Assembly (NCBI GenBank): GCA_025463905.1
Contig: JAODBJ010000213.1
Span: 1-54,439 of the forward strand
Direction: 5' to 3'
Length of the DNA: 54,439 bases
DNA from: Actinomycetes bacterium
GTDB lineage: Bacteria; Actinomycetota; Acidimicrobiia; IMCC26256; PALSA-610
Of this stretch, positions 22,547 through 31,683 are shown one piece after another. The stretch's first letter is position 1. Each line of letters opens with the position of its first letter. The position numbers and the translations under genes were made by a program. The notes under the pieces were generated by a model, which worked only from the letters and a program-made list of their open reading frames with translations, made no database searches and was not told the origin of the DNA.

Positions 22547-22966
22547 TCAGGATCGCAGCTCCGCGACCGCCGCCCACAGATCGGTGGCGGTCGCGGTGCC
22601 GGCGAAACTCTTGCGGGTGACGCCTTCGTGATCGGCGACCACGACGATGGGCACCCCCTGGATGCCGTAACGCTCGTGCAGGTCGCGATGGTCGTGGTAC
22701 TCGACGTCGGCCACCGCGACCTCGTCTGATTCGAGCGCCTTCACCTTCTCGGCCATCTGCGCGCACGAGTCGCACGCGGTCGACGAGAACAACACGATGA
22801 GCCACGGCGCGTCGGGACGGGGGAAGTCGGCCCGTTGCAATTGTGGCGGCACCGGCGCGGTTGCCGCCGTGACCATCGCGCTCGGACGCCGATGCCGGTC
22901 GAGCCACCACGCCACACCGATCGCGACGCCCACCAATACGAGGGCGACGACGACCTGCACGACCAC
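22547..22966 (-). CDS. Membrane-anchored thioredoxin-like protein
   Basis: N-terminal TM, FSSTACDSC, GVP cis-Pro motif; TAGGCT-6nt-GTG supports the start at 22966. Confidence 0.75.
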   Translation of the reverse strand: MVVQVVVALVLVGVAIGVAWWLDRHRRPSAMVTAATAPVPPQLQRADFPRPDAPWLIVLFSSTACDSCAQMAEKVKALESDEVAVADVEYHDHRDLHERYGIQGVPIVVVADHEGVTRKSFAGTATATDLWAAVAELRS

Positions 22967-22988
22967 GTTCAAAGCCTACGGAACGCAA

Positions 22989-23056
22989 CCCCACCGGTTC
23001 TGATCTCAGAAACACCCCGAACGCGGCCGGTTTTTGAGATCAAAACGAGTTGGGCG
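22989..23056. repeat. Palindrome family A, copy 3 (solo, intergenic)
   Basis: CCCCACCGGTTCTGATCTCAGAAAC-ACCCCGAACGCGGCCG-GTTTTTGAGATCAAAACGAGTTGGGCG. Confidence 0.9.
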
Positions 23057-23058
23057 GG

Positions 23059-24600
23059 TCAGCGCTCGGGGATGCCCATGCCCCGGCTGACGCCGGTGAG
23101 GCGGAGGATCGTTCGTTCGACGAACACGGGCCGGTCGGCGCGCACGATCACGCCCGCATCGATGCCGTTGAGTTCGGGTCGCGTGTCGAGGGCGATGGTG
23201 AGGGGCACGCCGGCCCTCACGACGATGTGCTGCAGGTCGGCCGGGGCGACCTCCTTGCCGCCGGCGACGAACGACACGTCGGCATGCACGGTGGCACCGG
23301 CAGTACTCAACAGGTCGAGTTGCGAACGAACTTCGGGCGTCAGACGCGAGCGAGCGAACACCCACGTGCGGCTCGGCGCCTCGCCGCCCATTGCCGCGAC
23401 CGCGCCACGGAAACGGCCACTCGTCGAGGTGGTGAGATCTTCTGCGACGACGGGAACGTTGTGCGTCGCCCGCACGACGACGCTGTAGGCGAGGTTGGGC
23501 GGCACCCGTACGCACGAGGGCGGGGAGTGCGCGTCGCACCCTCCCAATTGCACGTTCACGGCGCTCTGGCGCGGCACTGCGATCGTGATCGGTTCGATCA
23601 CGATGTTGCTCATCGGCGCGACTTGCACGTCGACCTGCGCGTCGAGGTCGGAGGGGTTACTGATCCCGATCACGCGCGACACGCCCGGCAGGGTCACCCC
23701 GCTGGCGAACACCCACTGGTTGCCGGCGACGATCGCACCCAGGGAGCGGGTCTGGCCGGTGAAGCCGGTCTCGGGGCCGAACAGCACGGTCTGCTGCGCG
23801 ACGACGCGCCCAGTTCTCGCCGTGATCGACGTAGCCACGAACGGTTGGCGGCGCTCAGTGTCGTGAACGGGAATCGCGATCCGGGAACGCCGCGGGATGG
23901 TCATGCCCTGCAATGCAGACGGCCGCTCGAGTCCGGCGTTGGTGAAGAACGACATGTCGACCACGGCGTCGTCGCCGAACGGGTTGAAGATCACGATCCA
24001 GTCCTCGGCGCCGCGCACCGTGGTACCCGACGCGAAGTTCCAAACGGGTGAGGGCTGGGTGGCGCACGGCGCGCTCGCGAACGTGTTGGGCCCCGTACTC
24101 GTGGCTTCCACCGCGACGCGCGACGCGAACGGCTCGACGATGATCGCGTTGTTCTCCGCGACACCCTTCCCGGGATCAATTCGAGTGGACGCCCGCGCGG
24201 CTGCACGCAACGAACTGTGGGTGAGCAAGCCCTTCTTCCCGAACACCGTGACGGCGACGTCGACCGGTTTCGCCTCGAGGTTCGACACCGACAGCCGCTC
24301 ACTCGCGTTCGCAAGCAACGGGCTCGGGGGCGGTCCGGGGCAGTACCACGCGGACGAGCTGGCGCCGGTGCCGGCGATCGCGGCGGCGTCTCGCGGTGTT
24401 CCCTCCGCCGACGCGCGCTTCGCATTGATCCCGTTGGTCGCGCTGCTCTTGCCGTTGCCGGCGATGACGGCACCGACGAGAAGAACGGCGAGCACGAGCG
24501 CGAGCGGCCAGCGCGGTACCGCGCGGCCGGGCGCGTCGTGACCGGAAGGGTCGGACGGGCCGGATACGTTCGACGGGGCTGACGTGGATGCCGCGGTCAT
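23059..24600 (-). CDS. DUF5719-like secreted/membrane-anchored protein
   Basis: N-terminal TM, WYCPG, repeated W.FA.G.T...NP beta modules; ATGA overlap with the upstream GT2. Confidence 0.7.
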   Translation of the reverse strand: MTAASTSAPSNVSGPSDPSGHDAPGRAVPRWPLALVLAVLLVGAVIAGNGKSSATNGINAKRASAEGTPRDAAAIAGTGASSSAWYCPGPPPSPLLANASERLSVSNLEAKPVDVAVTVFGKKGLLTHSSLRAAARASTRIDPGKGVAENNAIIVEPFASRVAVEATSTGPNTFASAPCATQPSPVWNFASGTTVRGAEDWIVIFNPFGDDAVVDMSFFTNAGLERPSALQGMTIPRRSRIAIPVHDTERRQPFVATSITARTGRVVAQQTVLFGPETGFTGQTRSLGAIVAGNQWVFASGVTLPGVSRVIGISNPSDLDAQVDVQVAPMSNIVIEPITIAVPRQSAVNVQLGGCDAHSPPSCVRVPPNLAYSVVVRATHNVPVVAEDLTTSTSGRFRGAVAAMGGEAPSRTWVFARSRLTPEVRSQLDLLSTAGATVHADVSFVAGGKEVAPADLQHIVVRAGVPLTIALDTRPELNGIDAGVIVRADRPVFVERTILRLTGVSRGMGIPER

Positions 24601-27600
24601 CCTGTACTCCCCGCGCGATTGCGTCGCCGCAAGACGAACCACAGGGTGATCGTGGCGATCCACGCCAGCGCTTCGAGTGCAAGCCACAGCGGTCGGGCCA
24701 CGCCGCCGTCGTAGCGAAGGTCGACGGTGCCGGCCGTGACACCGGTGTAGGCGTTCGACCAGCCGAACGCGCGCTCGTCCTTCAGAGCCGTTCCCTGGTT
24801 CGCGTTCGCGCGCCATCGCGAGTCGTACGCGTCACTGAACAACATGGTGCCGCTCTTCGTGACGCGCGACGCGTGGAGCGGCCCGAGCACGGGTGAGGCG
24901 CCCTGGAGTTCGGCCCGCAATGCTTCCGCGCTCGCGCCGGCGCGACTCGCCGTGATCTTCGTGTTCGACGGAACGACCGCTCGTATTGGTGCCCACGCCT
25001 CGTTCTGGTACAGGAGCATGTCGGGCTCGGCTTGCACCACCGCGAGGTCGAGTTGCTCGCCGAGCGACGCCGCAACCCGCGGGTCATACGGGCGGGTCGC
25101 GCCTCCGCCCGGCGCCGCCCGGCGCACGAGCGCGATGTAACGCACTCCCATCGGGGCGAGCAGATGACCGAAGCGCGCCGTCTTACGACCTGTGAGCAAC
25201 CCGATCGCGTCGCCCATTACGGTCTCGCCGCCGCCCGCGGGTGCGAGGAACGCGTTGCGCGCGTCTCCCGGCCCGTTCTGACTCAGGCCGTAGCTCGTGC
25301 CGTGGCTGTCGCGCGCGCCGACGGGCAGCACGTCGGGGTCCCCGACCCACAACACGCGGAAGTCGCCGGCGCGCAGGTCGTCGTGCATCCACGCGACCGA
25401 TTGCGCCCAGTCACGCGTCGGGAGCCGCCACCGTCCTCCGATCGAGTCGGCAAAGAGACCGACCATCGGCAACAACAAACCGAGCACCGCCGCAACCGCC
25501 GCGAACTGCCGCCAGCCGAACAAGAAGCTGCGCAGGTCGTCAGCGAACGCCGACACGCCGAGACCGGTCGCAAGGGCCAACCCGAGCGCCGCGCCGACGA
25601 GCAGGCCTTCGGGCTCGGGCCGGGCCAACGCGTGGTCGAGGCGGCCGGGCAACCACGCGAGGCCGTACGACGCGGCCACGAGAATCCAGGCCCGTCCGGT
25701 CCACACAAGACGTGACCCCGTCGCGACGACCAATGGCAGCGCGGCCGCGACGAGCAGGCCCCACGGTGCCCATCCGGCACCCGCCGGACCGGATGCGAAG
25801 CGCAGTGTCGCGCCGAGCCCCAACGGCTGGCGGGCGACGAGGCCGAGAGCAGCACCGTCGGTACCGAACCAGGAGAACGTCCACGGGATGAGCAACACCG
25901 CGGCGATCAGCACCGCGAGCACCGCCGCACCCAACGTTCGGGTCGCGAAGCGAACGCCTCCAACCAGCGGGGCGGCGAGCAAGAACGCGACGCCGGCCAG
26001 CGGCGCGAAGAACAGGCCGAACGGGAAGAACGCCGCGATGATCGCGGTGAAGAACGCGACGACCAACAAGCTGCGGCGGCTCGGCGCGGTCGCGGCCGAC
26101 TCTTCACCGATCGCGGGCGCGCCGGTAGCGCGTACCAACGCGGCGAGCGCCAGCGGGGCAAACGCGTAAAGCACGAGGCTGCCGAGATGGCCTTGCGCAA
26201 TGGCATTGCGCGGAAGCGGGTTCACGGCGTACGCAACCGCGGTTGCGAGCGCAGGGAACGGCGAACGCGCCAACGGTCGCGCGAGTTTGTATGCACCCCA
26301 CCCACCGAGCGGGAGCGCAAACTCGACCGCGATCGTGCGCGCCAGCCCGACGTGACCGAACAACACGGTCGACAACATCGCCATGAACGCGTACGCCGGT
26401 GAGGCGGGCCCGGCCACGCCGAGCCCGGTTCGTTGCCATGGACTCCAGAACGAGTGGAACAACGCTCCGACGCCCGGCCACTGTCGCAGCGCTCCCACCT
26501 CGGGAACGCGGCCGAACAGCAAGTCGCGCGACCCGACGAGCAACACGACCGCGACGACCATCGTCGCAATCGACGCCGGGTGACGCATGCGCCCACCGGC
26601 GCGATCAACCGCTTCTCGCGTACGGGTAGACGCGTTCTGCAGACGGTCGGGCGCGCGGAACCGGCGCGTCATCAGTGTGCGGACGCGCGCGCTGCCGCGC
26701 ACCATGAGCTCGCGTACATCACCGTCGTCGACGCGGCGCAATGCCTGCGCGGCGCGTCGTGCGCGCCGAACGTCGCCGATCTGGCGCAGGTTCACCAACC
26801 AGCCCGAGATGAGGCCTCGCGCCCGGCCGAACTGCCGGGCGAAGACCAGCCCGACCGCTTCGACGACGCTCAGCACGAACCCGGTGGGAAGCACCCACAA
26901 CAGCGCGAGGCCCGAGTACGACTTCATCAGCACGCGCACACGGCCGCGCGTCGCGGCCCGAGTGACGGCGGCCGGAGAACCCTGGATGACGCGTTCCTCG
27001 CGCGCCGCTACTTGCCGGTGGCGGACGCGCGCGTCGGGCGCAACGAGCACGCGGGCACCGGCGAGGCGCGCTCGCCAGCACAGGTCGAGATCGTCGGAGC
27101 CGGGGAAGGTCGCGACGTCGAAGCCGCGGAGTTCTTCGAACAGGTCGGCTCGTACGAGCATCGCCGCGTGCGACACGTAGAAGACGTCGCGCACGGCGTC
27201 GTGCTGTTCCTGGTCCACCTCGTTCGGTTCGAGCCCGCTGAACGGCACGCCGTAGTGGTCGATCGTCATGCCCACTTCGAGCAGAAGCTCCGGATGGTCG
27301 TGATCGACCAACTTCGGCCCCACGATCCCCGCGTTCGACCGGTACGCCTCCTCCACCATCACCCGCACCGCGTCGGGCTCGAACGCGACGTCGTCGTGGC
27401 AGAAGAGGAGGAAGGTGGCACCCTCCACCGTGTCGAGCGCCTGATTCGCGGCGCCGGGAAAACCGCCTTTGGCGTCGAGGCGGCGCACGAACGCACGCGG
27501 CATCACCGCGGCGATACGCGGTGTTGGGTCCTCGCCGGACCCGTTGTCGAGGACGAGCACCGAAAGGGACGGGTAGTCCTGGGCGGCGAGGGACCTGAGC

Positions 27601-27722
27601 GCCTCCTCGAACCACGGACCTGCGTCGTTCGTGACGACAATCGCCACGACCGGCGGAGCCGTGACAACCGGCTCGAGAGGTTCCAGGAGACCGGCCCCGC
27701 CAGGTGACTCGGACGTCTCCAT
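24597..27722 (-). CDS. GT2 glycosyltransferase fused to a large multi-TM domain
   Basis: LDNGS, CHDD, DDLDLCWRARLAG followed by more than 10 TM helices. Confidence 0.85.
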   Translation of the reverse strand: METSESPGGAGLLEPLEPVVTAPPVVAIVVTNDAGPWFEEALRSLAAQDYPSLSVLVLDNGSGEDPTPRIAAVMPRAFVRRLDAKGGFPGAANQALDTVEGATFLLFCHDDVAFEPDAVRVMVEEAYRSNAGIVGPKLVDHDHPELLLEVGMTIDHYGVPFSGLEPNEVDQEQHDAVRDVFYVSHAAMLVRADLFEELRGFDVATFPGSDDLDLCWRARLAGARVLVAPDARVRHRQVAAREERVIQGSPAAVTRAATRGRVRVLMKSYSGLALLWVLPTGFVLSVVEAVGLVFARQFGRARGLISGWLVNLRQIGDVRRARRAAQALRRVDDGDVRELMVRGSARVRTLMTRRFRAPDRLQNASTRTREAVDRAGGRMRHPASIATMVVAVVLLVGSRDLLFGRVPEVGALRQWPGVGALFHSFWSPWQRTGLGVAGPASPAYAFMAMLSTVLFGHVGLARTIAVEFALPLGGWGAYKLARPLARSPFPALATAVAYAVNPLPRNAIAQGHLGSLVLYAFAPLALAALVRATGAPAIGEESAATAPSRRSLLVVAFFTAIIAAFFPFGLFFAPLAGVAFLLAAPLVGGVRFATRTLGAAVLAVLIAAVLLIPWTFSWFGTDGAALGLVARQPLGLGATLRFASGPAGAGWAPWGLLVAAALPLVVATGSRLVWTGRAWILVAASYGLAWLPGRLDHALARPEPEGLLVGAALGLALATGLGVSAFADDLRSFLFGWRQFAAVAAVLGLLLPMVGLFADSIGGRWRLPTRDWAQSVAWMHDDLRAGDFRVLWVGDPDVLPVGARDSHGTSYGLSQNGPGDARNAFLAPAGGGETVMGDAIGLLTGRKTARFGHLLAPMGVRYIALVRRAAPGGGATRPYDPRVAASLGEQLDLAVVQAEPDMLLYQNEAWAPIRAVVPSNTKITASRAGASAEALRAELQGASPVLGPLHASRVTKSGTMLFSDAYDSRWRANANQGTALKDERAFGWSNAYTGVTAGTVDLRYDGGVARPLWLALEALAWIATITLWFVLRRRNRAGSTG

Positions 27723-27873
27723 GAGCGGAGCAACGTTAGTGCGCTGCGCGCGTGCTCTCCGGTCGCGCTCGCGCCGGGGGCAGCCGGATCGCGGGTCCCT
27801 TTCTCCCAACCTGCGTCGTCAATAGGCCCCCCAGGCGCAATTCTCGACGCAGGTACGGGTTTGATGCCGGCCC

Positions 27874-27908
27874 GAGTGCTTGCAATAGTTAGCACTCTGG
27901 TCTATTGT
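27874..27908 (+). promoter_or_regulatory. Sigma70-type promoter overlapped by an inverted-repeat operator
   Basis: TTGCAA(27880-85)-N17-TATTGT(27903-08); GAGTGCT-N10-AGCACTC (27874-27897) straddles the -35 box. Confidence 0.65.
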
Positions 27909-27970
27909 CGCGAGCACCCCGGGGCGGAACACGACCTCACAACGACGAACTTCAGTAGAAGGAGTGGACT

Positions 27971-28348
27971 ATGCCCGACGTGCGCAAGACCCTCACCGAC
28001 GCCGGTTACATCGCAATCGGCCTCGGCGTGATGGGCTTCCAGCAGGCTCAGGAGCGCCGCCGCGAACTGCAGGGGCGCCTCGAGTCCGCAACCAGCCACC
28101 TGGGCGACGCCGCACAATCGGCAACCACCCAGATCAGCGAGGCCGCGCAATCTGCGACGAACCAGCTGAGCGAAGCCGCCCGTGACGGCAAGCGCCGGTT
28201 CGAAGGCCTCGCCGGCGACATCGGTCAGCGGGTCGAGCCGATCCTCGAGCGAGTCGACGGCACGATCGCCGATCTTCCCGACCCCCTCAACCGGGCCGTG
28301 GAGCCGGTGTACACGAAGATCCGGGAACTGGTCGGCTCCGCCGCCTAA
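27971..28348 (+). CDS. Small helical HBHA/phasin-like protein with 11-aa repeats
   Basis: AGAAGGAG SD; DAGYIAIGLGVMGFQQAQ N-terminus; repeats LESATSHLGDA/AQSATTQISEA/AQSATNQLSEA. Confidence 0.7.
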   Translation: MPDVRKTLTDAGYIAIGLGVMGFQQAQERRRELQGRLESATSHLGDAAQSATTQISEAAQSATNQLSEAARDGKRRFEGLAGDIGQRVEPILERVDGTIADLPDPLNRAVEPVYTKIRELVGSAA

Positions 28349-28364
28349 CCCGCAGTCCTTTCTC

Positions 28365-28405
28365 CAAGTGGGCCGTCCCATACCGGGGCGGCCCACTTGT
28401 GTTGT
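28365..28405 (+). terminator. Intrinsic terminator
   Basis: 15-bp stem CAAGTGGGCCGTCCC/GGGGCGGCCCACTTG followed by TGTTGT, just after the stop. Confidence 0.7.
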
Positions 28406-28433
28406 CGCTCGCGTTGTGCCCTACCGTCAAGGC

Positions 28434-29372
28434 GTGCTCGTCGCGCTAGCCGGTGGAGTCGGAGCGGCCCGCTTCCTGCGGGGGTTGGTGCGAGTGGTGC
28501 CGCCGGGCGACGTGCTGGCGGTCGTGAACACCGCCGACGACGACACGTTCCACGGATTGTCCGTGTCGCCCGACCTCGACTCCGTCACCTACACCCTCGC
28601 CGGCGCCTCGAACCAGGCACAGGGTTGGGGCCTGGAAGGCGAGACGTTCGCGACGCTCGGCGCGCTCGAGCGCTACGACGTACCCACGTGGTTCGGCCTC
28701 GGCGACAAGGATCTCGCGACGCACCTGTTCCGCACGCAGCGGCTGCACGACGGTGTCCCGCTGTCGGCCGTGACGGCCGAAATCGCGATTGCGTGGGGTC
28801 TCGAAACGCGGCTCGTGCCGATGACCGACGATCGCGTCGCGACCCGCATCACCGTGCGCGACGACACCGGAGCAACCCGCGAACTCGCGATGCAGGAGTG
28901 GTTCGTGCGCGAGCGCGCCGCGCCTTCGGTGATCGCGGTGCGCTTCGACGGCGCCGACGCGGCGCGTCCCGCACCCGGCGTGATCGACGCGCTCCACTCG
29001 GCCGCCACGATCGTGATCTGCCCGTCCAACCCGATCATCTCGATCGGGCCGATCCTCGCGGTGCCCGGCATCCGCGAAGCGCTCGTCGCGCGCCGAGACC
29101 GGGTCGTCGCGGTGAGCCCGATCGTCGGCGGCGCACCGGTGAGAGGACCGGCCGACCGGTTGATGGGCCCGCTCGGGATTGACGTGTCGTGCGTCGGCGT
29201 CGCGCGCGCATACCGCGACTTCGCGGGCGCCATCGTTATCGACGCGGTCGACCGCGACCGCGCCGCCGAAGTCGAAGCGCTCGGCGTGCGGGCGGTCGTG
29301 ACCGACACGATCATGCGCAGCCCCGAGATCGCGGCGTCGCTCGCTCGCGAAACGCTCGCCGCAGTCGCATAA
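28434..29372 (+). CDS. cofD: 2-phospho-L-lactate/PEP transferase (F420 biosynthesis, FbiA)
   Basis: LAGGVGAARF, SPDLDSVTY, WFGLGDKDLATH, PSNP.ISI. Confidence 0.93.
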   Translation: MLVALAGGVGAARFLRGLVRVVPPGDVLAVVNTADDDTFHGLSVSPDLDSVTYTLAGASNQAQGWGLEGETFATLGALERYDVPTWFGLGDKDLATHLFRTQRLHDGVPLSAVTAEIAIAWGLETRLVPMTDDRVATRITVRDDTGATRELAMQEWFVRERAAPSVIAVRFDGADAARPAPGVIDALHSAATIVICPSNPIISIGPILAVPGIREALVARRDRVVAVSPIVGGAPVRGPADRLMGPLGIDVSCVGVARAYRDFAGAIVIDAVDRDRAAEVEALGVRAVVTDTIMRSPEIAASLARETLAAVA

Positions 29373-29383
29373 CGTCGACCCGC

Positions 29384-30097
29384 GTGCCTACCGCCCTCAC
29401 GGTCATCCCCATTGCCGGCATCGGCGAAATACGGACCGGCGACGAACTCGCGGTCCTCATCGCCGACGCAGCCCGCGCGCAGGACACGCCGCTCGAGGAT
29501 CGCGACTGCGTCGTCGTGACGCAGAAGGTGGTGTCGAAGGCCGAAGGCCGGATCGTTCCGCTCCCGCACGACGACCTCGACGCGCGTCGCCAGCTCGTGG
29601 AGTCGGAATCGGTTCGCATCGTCCGTCGCCGTGCCGACCTCATCATTAGCGAGACGCGGCACGGCTTCGTATGCGCGAACGCAGGTGTCGACCTGTCGAA
29701 CGTCGCCGACGGTTGGGCGGCGCTCCTTCCGGTCGAGCCCGACCGGAGCGCGAAGCACGTGCGCGACGCCCTGCGCGCCCGCGCGGGTGTCGAGGTGGCG
29801 GTCATCGTGTCGGACACCTTCGGGCGCGCCTGGCGCCGCGGCCTCACCGACGTTGCGATCGGCGTGAGCGGAATCGCCGCAGTTGTCGACTTGCGAGAAA
29901 CCCCCGACGCGCTCGGGCGCATCCTCCATGTCACCGAGGTCGCGATCGCCGACGAGATCGCCGGCGCGTCCGAGTTGGTGATGGGCAAGGCGTTGGGCGT
30001 TCCCGCCGCCATCGTGCGCGGCCTCGACCCGTCGTGGTTCCGCGAGAGTTCCTACCGCGAACTCATTCGCCCACCCGCGGAAGATCTGTTCCGGTGA
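29384..30097 (+). CDS. cofE: Coenzyme F420-0:L-glutamate ligase
   Basis: QKVVSKAEGR, ANAGVDLSN, DTFGRAWRRG, DLFR end. Confidence 0.92.
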   Translation: MPTALTVIPIAGIGEIRTGDELAVLIADAARAQDTPLEDRDCVVVTQKVVSKAEGRIVPLPHDDLDARRQLVESESVRIVRRRADLIISETRHGFVCANAGVDLSNVADGWAALLPVEPDRSAKHVRDALRARAGVEVAVIVSDTFGRAWRRGLTDVAIGVSGIAAVVDLRETPDALGRILHVTEVAIADEIAGASELVMGKALGVPAAIVRGLDPSWFRESSYRELIRPPAEDLFR

Positions 30098-30708
30098 CGA
30101 CCACGACGGTGCCCGCATTCCTCGAAGCCCGCCGCTCGATCCGCGCGTTCACGAACGAGCCGGTCGACCTCGGCGCCCTCGACGCAATCGTCGAGGCCGC
30201 GTGTATCGCCCCGGCACCGCATCACTCGCGCCCGTGGCGCTTCGCGGTGGTCACAACGGCGGGTGCCAAGGACGCGCTCGCGACCGCGATGGGCGCGCGG
30301 TGGCGCGCCGACCTCGAAGGCGACGGCGTGCAACCCGAGCGCGTCGGCGAACTCGTCGCCGCGTCGTACACGAAGGTCACCGGCGCGCCCGCGCTGGTGC
30401 TCGCGTGCCTCACCTGGAGCGGCCTCGACCGTTACCCCGATGCCGCGCGCCAGCAAGCGGAGTGGGGAATGGCGCTGCTGTCGCTCGGCGCGGCGGTGGA
30501 GAACGCGATGCTCGCCGCCGCCGATCGCGGCCTCGCGTCGTGCTGGGTCGCGGCGCCGATCTTCTGCCCCGACGAGGCTCGCGCCGGACTCGCGCTCCCC
30601 GAGGAGTGGCGGCCCCAGGCGCTCGTGCTGGTCGGCCACCCCGATCCCGCGTATGCCGGCCGGCCGAGGCCCCCCGTGCCGCTCGCCGACCTGCGTGTGC
30701 AGCGCTGA
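30094..30708 (+). CDS. Nitroreductase family protein (FbiB C-terminal domain-like, probable dehydro-F420 reductase)
   Basis: RRSIRAF, APAPHHSRPWRF, GAAVEN, SCW..APIFCP; GTGA overlap with cofE. Confidence 0.8.
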   Translation: MTTTTVPAFLEARRSIRAFTNEPVDLGALDAIVEAACIAPAPHHSRPWRFAVVTTAGAKDALATAMGARWRADLEGDGVQPERVGELVAASYTKVTGAPALVLACLTWSGLDRYPDAARQQAEWGMALLSLGAAVENAMLAAADRGLASCWVAAPIFCPDEARAGLALPEEWRPQALVLVGHPDPAYAGRPRPPVPLADLRVQR

Positions 30709-30728
30709 GGAGCGGCTGAGGCGCTGGC

Positions 30729-31682
30729 TCAGCGATTGCCGGAGCGAACGCCCTTGAAGTGCTCGAGCGTGCGCGCCAGGCCTTCTTCGAGCGAGGTCCA
30801 CGGCTTCCATCCGAGATGGATGGCGGCGCGAGCCGGATCGAGTGCCGAACGCCGCAGTTCGCCGGCGCGCGGCGTGTCGTAACGCGCCTGACCCTTGAAG
30901 CCGGCGAGGCGCGCCATCGCGTCGTAGAGCTGCTGCACGCTGGTTTCGACGCCGGTGCCGACATTCAGCAACAACCCGCCGGCCTTTTCGGTCGCGCGCA
31001 CGAACGCGTCGACGACGTCGTCGACATATACGAAGTCGCGCGTCTGCTCGCCGTCGCCGTAGATAACGGGGCGTTCGTGGTTGAGCAACTTGCCGGCGAA
31101 GATCGCGACCACACCGGCCTCGCCACTGGGGTCCTGGCGAGGGCCGTACACGTTGCCCAACGCCAGCGCGCTGTACTCGAGGCCGCGTACCTCGCGGTAG
31201 TAGTGCAGGTAGTCGCCTACCGCTTTCTTCGCGACGCCGTACGGGGATTCGGGATGTTGGGGCGCGCCTTCGCGCGTCGGGATTTCGTCGCTCGCGCCGT
31301 AGATGGTTCCGCCGGAACTCGCGAACACGATCTTCGTAACACCGGCCTTCACCGCGCCTTCGAGCACGTTCAACGAGCCGATGATGTTCACCGTCGCGTC
31401 GAAGGTCGGGCGCGACACGGAGACGCGAACGTCGGCCTGCGCGGCGAGGTGGAAGATCACGTCGGGGCGGCGGTGCGCGATCAGGTCGACGATCGCGGGC
31501 GACGACACATCGAGGCGATGGAACGAGAAGCGCCGATCGGGTTGGGAGCGGGCGTCGCCGAGGTTGCCGAGCGAACCGATCGACAGGTCGTCGACGACGT
31601 CGACCTTCCAGTCTTCGGCGAGGAGGCGGTCGACCAGCGTCGAGCCGATGAATCCGGCTCCACCGGTGACCAGCGCACGCAC
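30729..31682 (-). CDS. galE: NAD-dependent epimerase, UDP-glucose 4-epimerase-like
   Basis: TGGAGFIGS, HLAAQADVRVSV, YGVAK, NVYGPRQ. Confidence 0.75.
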   Translation of the reverse strand: MRALVTGGAGFIGSTLVDRLLAEDWKVDVVDDLSIGSLGNLGDARSQPDRRFSFHRLDVSSPAIVDLIAHRRPDVIFHLAAQADVRVSVSRPTFDATVNIIGSLNVLEGAVKAGVTKIVFASSGGTIYGASDEIPTREGAPQHPESPYGVAKKAVGDYLHYYREVRGLEYSALALGNVYGPRQDPSGEAGVVAIFAGKLLNHERPVIYGDGEQTRDFVYVDDVVDAFVRATEKAGGLLLNVGTGVETSVQQLYDAMARLAGFKGQARYDTPRAGELRRSALDPARAAIHLGWKPWTSLEEGLARTLEHFKGVRSGNR

Positions 31683-31683
31683 C

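Noticed and set aside
27889-27915. Canonical CIRCE/HrcA site
   Set aside because: After TTAGCACTC-N9 the sequence is GTCGCGAGC, not GAGTGCTAA.
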